Assembly: GCA_964612095.1 (NCBI GenBank)
Contig: CAZTEK010000001.1
Span: 1-42,056, forward strand
Direction of reading: 5' to 3'
DNA from: an uncultured Verrucomicrobiota bacterium
Lineage (GTDB): Bacteria > Verrucomicrobiota > Kiritimatiellia > Kiritimatiellales > Tichowtungiaceae
Length of the DNA stretch: 42,056 bases
Positions within the stretch are counted from its first letter, which is position 1; the number at the start of each line of letters is the position of its first letter. The notes under the pieces were generated by a model. It saw nothing but the letters and a program-made list of their open reading frames with translations. It was not told the origin of the DNA and ran no database searches. The translations under genes were made by a program, and so were the position numbers. Positions 28,408 to 36,456 of the stretch are shown in pieces.

Positions 28408-31400
28408 AGTGTCGTGGCACATTTTGCAGGACTGAAACGGGCAATCCCCTTTCAGTCCCGGCGCGAAGAGTTCGACTCATTCGCGTCGCGCTGTTGTGCA
28501 TCGTTGCGGCATCGTCCGTTTCTGCCTCCTCCGATGTCTGGTTTGAAAATCTGCGCACCGTCCGCGTGGAATCCGATCCGTCGGTCCTGTGGCGGCAGTT
28601 CGGCCCGGGTATGTCCGGCAACAATTTCCGCATTTTCTGTCATCCAACCGATCCGGACACGCTGTTTCTGGGTCCCAATATGGGCAACGCCTATCGCTCG
28701 ACTGATCGCGGCGCAACCTATGAAAGCATGCTGGATTGTGATGGCAGGGGGTTTAAATTCCGCGAGCGCGGACCGGTCGAGCTGACGTCACCTGATTTTT
28801 CGCGGCAGGATCCGGACTTCGGTTCCTGCTCCGCAGCGGGCTCTGCATTTCTTTACTGCACGACGAACCGGGGCGCATCCTGGCAGGTCCATGCGGCGTC
28901 AACTTCAGTTTGGAATGGAATCAGTTTGAATACGATTGCCGTGGATCCGCAGAACGATCCGGTTTGGTATGCGGGCTCGGGGACGATCAGCGATCCCGGA
29001 CAGATCCTGTTCTCTGCGGATCAGCCTCATGGGACGGGCGCTGCGGCTGGACATGTAGCGAAGGTATGGAAGACATCCGACTGGGGAGAAGGCTGGAGTG
29101 AAATCACACCGGCAGGGCTCAACACGAATGCTCAAATTATTCGCATTCTGGTTCATCCGTTCAGATCCAATGTCGTTTTTGCGGCGACCACGTACGGGTT
29201 GTATAAGTCGACCGATGGCGGAACCAGCTGGAGCGCAAAAACCGGTACAGGGCTGGATCACGATATCATCCGTTCGTTTGACATGTATTGCGAACCGAAT
29301 ACCGGGAGTGTGACTCTTTACGCATTGGATCTGGTGAAATGGGCAGCATCCGGCAGCACGGTGACGAATGACGGAGGCGGGGTTTTCCGCAGTACAGACG
29401 AAGGGGAGAGCTGGCAGTGCATCAACGGAGATCTGGGGATTGATGTCTCTTCGCTCGCCGGGGATTATCTGTTCCGCATGAGCTATTTTGATGCCTTGAA
29501 CGATTGGTTCGGCATCACCAATGCGCGAACCCTCTATACGGTTTATCCCACGAACCTGATGCATTCTTTTTGTACGGTCCGGGTGAACCCGGCCGACCCG
29601 GACAGTGTTTTTCTGTGCAACAATTATCAGTGGGAGCGGCCGCTGCGGGGCGGAATGCTCTGGAAAACCGCAAACGGCGGCGCTCATTGGATTGCCGCAC
29701 TGCGCAATGGAACGGCCTGGGCGGATAAACACAGAAATTATTGGGAGGGGCGGGGAAACCCGGTGGAGTTAAACATCGATCTGCGGGGTCAGCGCAAATG
29801 GCAGCAAAAAGATTCGTATGAGCGAAAATCAGGCCCGGCGCTGGAGTTCAATTGCGACGGATCAATGATCTTTTTTCAGTGGGCCAAGGTGCTCTGCGTT
29901 TCAATCGACGGAGGCGAAACCTGGATTGAAAATGATGAAATTGAGGCGACTCCGGGGGCGCAAAGCTGGGTGGGCGCCGGCAACAGCAATCTGCCCGGGC
30001 ACGGTTTGCGTCAGGACCCCCGGTTGCCCGGCATGCTGTTTCTTCCCTCGGGAGAAAATGATTTCTGGATCACCACTCCGGACGGTGGCAATGTCCGCTC
30101 CGGTGCACAGGCCGCTCGGCGAATTCAGCTCGGTGAGGCCGAATATTCCTGTTCCGATGTCGCTCTGCATCCGGCGGATACGAACATCATTTATTCACTC
30201 CAGTTTCGCCAGGCTTCCGCCGGGAAGCTGCTCTGCTCCACCAACGGAGGGGTAACGTTCACGGATATCGGTACGGCAATTGAATGGCCGGAGGGGGAGT
30301 CATTCAACGACAGTATTCATCAGCTTTGTCTGACCATTGATCCGGACGATCCGGCCAATATGTATTTCTGCATTCCGGCCAATCCGATTGTTCACGGCTA
30401 TACCGGCAACCTGTCATCCGCCCCCAAGGGCGTTCGCAAGTCGTCCGACGGAGGGTCTACCTGGAACTGGGCGACCAACGGTTTGCCGGCTTCGTTGGAT
30501 GTGCCTTGTATCCGGCTCGATCCGCTAGACAGCTCCAAGCTCTATGCCTGCGTCTACGGGAATACCGGCGGCCTTTATATATCCACCAACCGGGCCGTAT
30601 CGTGGGATCCGTTTCCGACCGAGCCGTCCGGAATCAAGGGGTTTTCCGATCTCCACTTTTCCGCCGACGGGAAAATGTACCTCTCCTGCGGAACGCCTTT
30701 GTCGGCCTATACAAACGGCGGGGTGTGGATGAGCGCGGACGGCGGACAGAATTGGCTTCAGATCTTCAAGACGCCCTGGGCCCGCATGACTAAAACCGCA
30801 CTTTACGACCCTAATGTGATTCTCGTGCAGATGAACGGCTCCAATCTGGCGGACATTCAAAATCCGGGAACGTATTTGTCGCGGGACGGTGGCGCGACCT
30901 GGAGCAGAATCAACAGGGGAAACCCGCAGTCCGACCGTGTAAATGACATTGCCATCGATCAGGTGAGCAGCAACGTTTATTACGTTTCGACGTATGGAGC
31001 CGGCTGGCTGAGGGGCGATCTGATTGATACAAATAATGTGGCGCCGGTTTTCCCCGGTTCACCGGGCGCACATTCCAACGCCGTGCCGCTAGAGCTTTAT
31101 GCCCAACCAGTGGGTGAGGCAGCCGATGCCAATGGCGACTCCATCGTCTATTCACTCATCTTCGGCCCCGACTGGCTGTCGGTGACCCCTGACGGTTTAT
31201 TGTCTGCTACACCTCCGGCAGATGCCCTTGGAGATTACCTGTTTCAGGTGCAGGCCGATGACGGCAACGGCATGAATTCGCGTAAAATCATGACCTTTGC
31301 CGTAAGCACTAATCCGGCAGCCTATTACGCTTCGTGGCTGCGGGGTTATGCGTCCGTAGGCTCTTTCGATGGATATTACGAAGACCCGGATCACGACGGC

Positions 31401-31706
31401 TTGTCTAATCTGGCTGAATACGGGTTGGGCGGCGACCCCGGAGTTTTTGATTCGGCGGACATTCGTCCGGCCTTTAGGAGTCGAGGAGGTGCCTTTGAAT
31501 ACACCTACCGCCGCCGCAAGGATGCCGGCATGCGGGGAATCTGTTATCAACTCGAAACAACGGCCGATCTGGTTTCCGGGCGCTGGACGGTCTTCAATCC
31601 GGACGCGACCTCAGGCGATGTTGACACGGTGTTCATGGTTGTCACGAATCCGATTCCATCGACGGAATCATCCCTCTTCATCCGGCTCAAAATCGGGCTG
31701 GAGTAG
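28404..31706 (+). CDS. Secreted BNR/Asp-box (VPS10/GH74-like) beta-propeller protein with an Ig-like domain and a C-terminal PVC-type domain
   Basis: About ten S/T-x-D/N-GG-x-T/S-W Asp-boxes; GPDWLSV..DG.LS.TP Ig/cadherin-like module; DPDHDGLSNLAEYGLGGDP ... FIRLKI terminus. Confidence 0.8.
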   Translation: MKCRGTFCRTETGNPLSVPARRVRLIRVALLCIVAASSVSASSDVWFENLRTVRVESDPSVLWRQFGPGMSGNNFRIFCHPTDPDTLFLGPNMGNAYRSTDRGATYESMLDCDGRGFKFRERGPVELTSPDFSRQDPDFGSCSAAGSAFLYCTTNRGASWQVHAASTSVWNGISLNTIAVDPQNDPVWYAGSGTISDPGQILFSADQPHGTGAAAGHVAKVWKTSDWGEGWSEITPAGLNTNAQIIRILVHPFRSNVVFAATTYGLYKSTDGGTSWSAKTGTGLDHDIIRSFDMYCEPNTGSVTLYALDLVKWAASGSTVTNDGGGVFRSTDEGESWQCINGDLGIDVSSLAGDYLFRMSYFDALNDWFGITNARTLYTVYPTNLMHSFCTVRVNPADPDSVFLCNNYQWERPLRGGMLWKTANGGAHWIAALRNGTAWADKHRNYWEGRGNPVELNIDLRGQRKWQQKDSYERKSGPALEFNCDGSMIFFQWAKVLCVSIDGGETWIENDEIEATPGAQSWVGAGNSNLPGHGLRQDPRLPGMLFLPSGENDFWITTPDGGNVRSGAQAARRIQLGEAEYSCSDVALHPADTNIIYSLQFRQASAGKLLCSTNGGVTFTDIGTAIEWPEGESFNDSIHQLCLTIDPDDPANMYFCIPANPIVHGYTGNLSSAPKGVRKSSDGGSTWNWATNGLPASLDVPCIRLDPLDSSKLYACVYGNTGGLYISTNRAVSWDPFPTEPSGIKGFSDLHFSADGKMYLSCGTPLSAYTNGGVWMSADGGQNWLQIFKTPWARMTKTALYDPNVILVQMNGSNLADIQNPGTYLSRDGGATWSRINRGNPQSDRVNDIAIDQVSSNVYYVSTYGAGWLRGDLIDTNNVAPVFPGSPGAHSNAVPLELYAQPVGEAADANGDSIVYSLIFGPDWLSVTPDGLLSATPPADALGDYLFQVQADDGNGMNSRKIMTFAVSTNPAAYYASWLRGYASVGSFDGYYEDPDHDGLSNLAEYGLGGDPGVFDSADIRPAFRSRGGAFEYTYRRRKDAGMRGICYQLETTADLVSGRWTVFNPDATSGDVDTVFMVVTNPIPSTESSLFIRLKIGLE

Positions 31707-31738
31707 ATGGTTGCTTTTTTGATGAAGTCAGAAAAACA

Positions 31739-31774
31739 CAAATAAAAGAACAGGAATGTCTATTCTTTTATTTG
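31739..31774. repeat. Perfect 12-bp AT-rich inverted repeat
   Basis: CAAATAAAAGAA-12 nt-TTCTTTTATTTG. Confidence 0.7.
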
Positions 31775-31847
31775 CGATGAGCTGGCATCTTTGAGACATC
31801 GTATTCCCGAAAAAAAATTATTAATGACTTGCCTGATTGGGTTTTTA

Positions 31848-31861
31848 TGAGAACGTTAACT
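31848..31861. promoter_or_regulatory. LacI-type operator, site 5
   Basis: TGAGAACGTTAACT, 11/14, directly before ATG 31865. Confidence 0.7.
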
Positions 31862-31864
31862 TTA

Positions 31865-33850
31865 ATGAAAAAAACAATATGCGTGATCAGCGTGTTTCTG
31901 AGTCTGGCGGGGGCGGTGCAGGCCGCGGTTGTGATCCGGTTTGACGGGGCAACCGCCAATGCGGCTACCGCAAATGCGAATTTAACTGCCGCTGTCGGGA
32001 CTATTGGAGCTGGAGCAAGTAAGACAATTAAACTGGGCTATAGCACGTCGACGCCGCTTCTCAGCAGTAATGGGGGCACCTATACCGGACAATCGGTGTA
32101 TGGCGGCTTTTCCGGTACGTATAGCAATATCAGCGCTTCGGCCTATACCCATAACTTTGCAGTGCTTCAATATGCTAATGGTGCATCTGTTGAAGATTTG
32201 CGGTCGGCGGATACCTTCACAAGCGGTCAGATTTCGCGTCAGGTCGGATTGGCGCTGCTGTTTGGACCCGCCACGAACGGAACCTATTCATTGGATGCCG
32301 CCAGCTCGCTGACTGCAAAACACGGCTCAACGCTCACTGGAACAGCGGAGGCCCGCTGGGTGGTTGTGAACGATGGCACGACCTATCTTTCGTCGTCGGG
32401 CTTTAACCCCGGCGGAAGCGCCACCACGACCCTCGATAATCCGGACCAGATCAGCTGGGCAGCCTGGACGCCGGGGACGGATATGTCCTTCGTTTCGTTG
32501 ACGTATAACACGCCGGGAAGCTCGCTGACCAACATCACTCTGGCCGGTGTTGCGGTGAATTACACGGCTGCCGCAGCTGCAGGCAGCGGAAGATATATCC
32601 TTCAGCAGTTCACGGCGGATCTCAGCGATGGCACCGTTTCTCCGGACCCGAATCTCAAAAAAGTGCTTCTGCTCGGCGATGCGGTCATGCAGGCCTATCG
32701 TCCGGAGGTGGTGCGGATTCTGGAAGGCACAGCCGCCTGCACGTTTGTGAATTTTCCGGAAACCGGCAGTCCGGACTGGGATGCGTTTTGCAGCACCTAT
32801 GTGGAGACCGGAACCTGGGATGTGATTCATTTTTCCTACGGACGCGAGCTGATGTTTCATACAAACGGGGTGCCGCGTGCCGCCGCCTCAGAGGTGACCG
32901 GGATTTATTCCGGACTGGTGGCCAGGCTTCAGGGATCGGCTCCGGCCTTGATCGGATGCACGATCACACCGGTGTACGGAACGATGCCGGAGTATGTGAG
33001 TGCTGTGGATGCCGATTACGCCGCGAAATTCAAGCAGGTCATTACGAATGCCGGCCTGCGGATGAACGATCTGGCCGACTATACCCAGACACGGATTGAG
33101 GAGATGGTTCAGCTGAATTCCAATCTGCCGACGGCGCTGGGCGTTCAGCTGATGGGCGAGGTGGTGGCGAACAGTATTCTCGAGGCATTGAATGCCGCCG
33201 AACCCGCTAAACCGGTGCAGATTCTGGTTGTCGGTGATTCCATCGTTAGCGGCTACTACAGCGCCCTTTGCGGCTTTTTCGACGGGCAGGCATCGGTTTC
33301 TAAAGGCGGGACAACGTATAACGATCCGAATCCCCGATGGGCAGCCCTGGTCGACAGCTATATAGCTACCGGCGGATCAAACGGATGGGATGTCATCCAG
33401 TTCAACTGGGGGTTGCATGCGGTTAAATATGTGGACGAGAACAATGTAAACTGCCTGCCGGGCGACCCCGGCGCCCACATTCAGTTTACAGTCGAGGAGT
33501 ATGCCCGGCAGATGGAGCTCTGGGTCAAGGAGCTGAAGCGCACCGGCGCGAAGCTGGTCTTTGCGACGACCACTCCGGTTCCGGAGGGAGCTGGCGGATC
33601 GATTCCGTATATTGATGTCACGCCCTATAATGATGCGGCAAAGGCGATCATGGCGACGAACGGGATCGCCGTGAATGATCTGTATGCATTTGCATTTCCC
33701 CGCCTGACTGAGTTGCAGATCGCAAACAATGTGCATTTCACAGCATACGGGTCGAGCGAGCTGGCACGTAAGACTTACTCGGTGATTTCACCGATGCTGA
33801 AGAAGGATACGGGCGGATTTTTTTTCTTATTGATCGGATCGAATAACTAA
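31865..33850 (+). CDS. Secreted modular protein: Ser/Thr/Gly-rich N-terminal domain + tandem SGNH domains
   Basis: Signal peptide MKKTICVISVFLSLAGAVQA; the C-terminal ~400 aa are collinear with 25473..26675 (LLLGDAV; VGDSI..NNVHFT); ends TGGFFFLLIGSNN. Confidence 0.82.
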   Translation: MKKTICVISVFLSLAGAVQAAVVIRFDGATANAATANANLTAAVGTIGAGASKTIKLGYSTSTPLLSSNGGTYTGQSVYGGFSGTYSNISASAYTHNFAVLQYANGASVEDLRSADTFTSGQISRQVGLALLFGPATNGTYSLDAASSLTAKHGSTLTGTAEARWVVVNDGTTYLSSSGFNPGGSATTTLDNPDQISWAAWTPGTDMSFVSLTYNTPGSSLTNITLAGVAVNYTAAAAAGSGRYILQQFTADLSDGTVSPDPNLKKVLLLGDAVMQAYRPEVVRILEGTAACTFVNFPETGSPDWDAFCSTYVETGTWDVIHFSYGRELMFHTNGVPRAAASEVTGIYSGLVARLQGSAPALIGCTITPVYGTMPEYVSAVDADYAAKFKQVITNAGLRMNDLADYTQTRIEEMVQLNSNLPTALGVQLMGEVVANSILEALNAAEPAKPVQILVVGDSIVSGYYSALCGFFDGQASVSKGGTTYNDPNPRWAALVDSYIATGGSNGWDVIQFNWGLHAVKYVDENNVNCLPGDPGAHIQFTVEEYARQMELWVKELKRTGAKLVFATTTPVPEGAGGSIPYIDVTPYNDAAKAIMATNGIAVNDLYAFAFPRLTELQIANNVHFTAYGSSELARKTYSVISPMLKKDTGGFFFLLIGSNN

Positions 33851-33862
33851 AGGGACGTTTGT

Positions 33863-34612
33863 ATGATGAAAAAGCACTGGGTTATGGCGTTGGCAGCGGT
33901 TTTTTACGGCATCGGTTTCGGAGCGGAATTTTATACGCCGGAGCAGGACAAGGATGGAATGAAAGCGGTGACGAATGTGCAGGCATCATTGCCCAATGTT
34001 TTGATCATCGGGGACTCCATTTCAATCGGATATACCCCTGCGGTTCGAAAGCACCTCGAGGGCCGGGCCAATGTCTTCCGCCCGGATGCCAATTGCGGGG
34101 ATACCCTCAACGGGCTGAGACAGATCGATAAATGGCTGGGCGATAAAAAATGGGAGGTTATCCATTTCAATTGGGGCCTGCACGATCTCTGTTACCGCCA
34201 CCCGGAATCCAAAGATCCCGGAAAGAGGGACAAGGTGCGGGGAACTCAGTCGGTGCCCCTTGAGCAGTACAAAGAGAATCTTGAAAAACTGGTGGTCCGG
34301 CTGAAGCAAACAGGGGCCGAGCTGATCTGGGCCGCAACCACGGTCGTTCCGGAGAACGAAATCGGCCGCTTTCCCGGGGATGAAATCAAATACAACGCGG
34401 TAGCGGCTGAAATCATGAATCGGCACGGCGTGACGATCAATGATCTGCATGCGCTGACGGCGGGGTTCCCGCCGGAGCTTTTTGCCGGATACGGCAGCGG
34501 GATCGGCAATGTCCATTTTTCGAGAGAAGCCGGCAGTCCGCGGATTGCAGAGCAGGTGTCTGCCTGTATCGAATCGGCGCTGGCCCGGAAGTGTAAAAAA
34601 CCCTTAAAATAA
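33863..34612 (+). CDS. Secreted single-domain SGNH esterase
   Basis: LIIGDSISIGY, HFNWGLHD, GNVHF. Confidence 0.88.
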   Translation: MMKKHWVMALAAVFYGIGFGAEFYTPEQDKDGMKAVTNVQASLPNVLIIGDSISIGYTPAVRKHLEGRANVFRPDANCGDTLNGLRQIDKWLGDKKWEVIHFNWGLHDLCYRHPESKDPGKRDKVRGTQSVPLEQYKENLEKLVVRLKQTGAELIWAATTVVPENEIGRFPGDEIKYNAVAAEIMNRHGVTINDLHALTAGFPPELFAGYGSGIGNVHFSREAGSPRIAEQVSACIESALARKCKKPLK

Positions 34613-34644
34613 GCCGTTTTTATAAGCGAATCCGGAGCAGAACC

Positions 34645-36426
34645 ATGATGGGTAAAAAGACTCTTACCGTAATTGCAGCGGTCTGCGGTGCCCATTCGCT
34701 GGCAGCGGTTCCGTCGGCTATGCAACGTCCGAATGTGATTCTGGTCATGACGGATGATCAGGGATACGGCGATCTCTCCTGTCACGGCAACCCGGTTTTG
34801 AAAACTCCGGCGCTGGATCGGTTGTGGTCTCAAAGTGTACGCCTGACCGATTTTCACGCGGCCCCGCTGTGCACCCCTTCAAGGGCCTCGCTGATGACCG
34901 GTCGCGATTGTCTGCGTACCGGCGCGTGGGCTACCACCCGGGGGCGGTCCCTGCTGCGTAAAAATGAAACCACGATGGCGGATCTCTTTGCGGCGGGCGG
35001 ATACCGGACCGGCCTGTTCGGCAAGTGGCATCTCGGGGACAACTATCCGTTTCGTCCGCAGGATCGCGGGTTCCAGGAGGTGCTGTGGCATCTGGGCGGC
35101 GGATTAGAGCAGACCCCGGACTATTGGGGGAACAACTATTTTGACGATACCTATTGGCATAACGGGAAGCTGACTCCGTTTACCGGCTATTGCACCGATG
35201 TCTGGTTTGACGGTGCCTGTTCGTTCATTGAGGAAAACGTAAAGCAGGAACAACCGTTTTTTGCGTACATTGCGCCGAACGCACCGCACGATCCATACCG
35301 TGTCGCTGAAAAGTACAGCGCTCCCTATAAAAAGGCCGGCGTGGATGAAAAACGGGCGAACTTTTACGGGATGATTGCCAATTTCGATGAGAACATGGCG
35401 CGGTTGGAAGGGCTGATCGAGCGCCTCGGCATTCGCGAAAATACCATTCTGATTTTCCTGACGGACAATGGCACGTCGGCCGGTGCTTCAAGGGATCTTC
35501 AAACCGAGGCAATTCAATCCGGATATAATGCGGGAATGCGCGGAATCAAAACCAGCTACTACGACGGCGGACACCGGGTTCCGTTCTTTATCCGCTGGCC
35601 GGCGCGGGGTGTTCAGGGGGGGCGTGATATTGGCGAGCTCACTTCAATCACTGACCTGTTGCCGACCATGATCGATCTGTGCGGGCTCAAAAAACCGGAC
35701 AAGGTTGCCTTTGACGGCACGAGCCTGGCCCCTCTGTTATTGGGGCAAGTTTCCGAGATTCCGGGGCGCTCGCTATTCGTCCACATCGGAACCGGTGAGG
35801 GGCCGCAGGGAGAATGGCGCGGTACAGTGATGCGCCGCACGTGGCGTCTGGTCGGGGGCAAAGAACTGTATGATATTTCAACCGATCCGGGACAGCAGAA
35901 CGATATCGCCGCGCAGAATCTCGAAGTGGTTCAGTCTCTGCGAGCGGACTATGCCGCCTGGTGGAAGGGAATTACCTCCGGACCTCTGGACCCTTGTCCG
36001 ATCATCATCGGCTCGGAGCAGGAAAATCCTGCCTGCCTGACCTGTTTCGACTGGTATGGTGTGAAAGGGGCCACGCCCTGGGGACAATTTACAATTCGGG
36101 CCGCGCAGAACGTCAATGGCTGGTGGAATATCGCGGTGGAGCGCGACGGAACCTATGAATTTTCTCTTCGGCGCTGGCCGGAGGAGAGCAACACACCGAT
36201 CAACGGTGTACCGGCGGGCGCGGGAAACAAAAAAATAGCGGTCACGACGGCACGTTTGGCAGTTGGAGATCTCGTTAAGGAACAGCCCGTTTCAGCAGAC
36301 GCGGTTGCAGTCGTTTTTACCGTTCCGCTGAAGGCTGGAGAAACAAAATTGCAAACCTGGTTTTTAAATGAACAGACCGACGAGTCACAACGCGGAGCCT
36401 ATTACGTTTATGTCAAGCGGCTCTAA
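34645..36426 (+). CDS. Secreted S1 arylsulfatase with a C-terminal extension domain
   Basis: RPNVILVMTDDQGYGD, CTPSRASLMTG, GKWHLG, TDNGT, GGHRVP. Confidence 0.94.
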   Translation: MMGKKTLTVIAAVCGAHSLAAVPSAMQRPNVILVMTDDQGYGDLSCHGNPVLKTPALDRLWSQSVRLTDFHAAPLCTPSRASLMTGRDCLRTGAWATTRGRSLLRKNETTMADLFAAGGYRTGLFGKWHLGDNYPFRPQDRGFQEVLWHLGGGLEQTPDYWGNNYFDDTYWHNGKLTPFTGYCTDVWFDGACSFIEENVKQEQPFFAYIAPNAPHDPYRVAEKYSAPYKKAGVDEKRANFYGMIANFDENMARLEGLIERLGIRENTILIFLTDNGTSAGASRDLQTEAIQSGYNAGMRGIKTSYYDGGHRVPFFIRWPARGVQGGRDIGELTSITDLLPTMIDLCGLKKPDKVAFDGTSLAPLLLGQVSEIPGRSLFVHIGTGEGPQGEWRGTVMRRTWRLVGGKELYDISTDPGQQNDIAAQNLEVVQSLRADYAAWWKGITSGPLDPCPIIIGSEQENPACLTCFDWYGVKGATPWGQFTIRAAQNVNGWWNIAVERDGTYEFSLRRWPEESNTPINGVPAGAGNKKIAVTTARLAVGDLVKEQPVSADAVAVVFTVPLKAGETKLQTWFLNEQTDESQRGAYYVYVKRL

Positions 36427-36456
36427 ACGTGGAATTGAATAGAAAGGAAGATGAGG

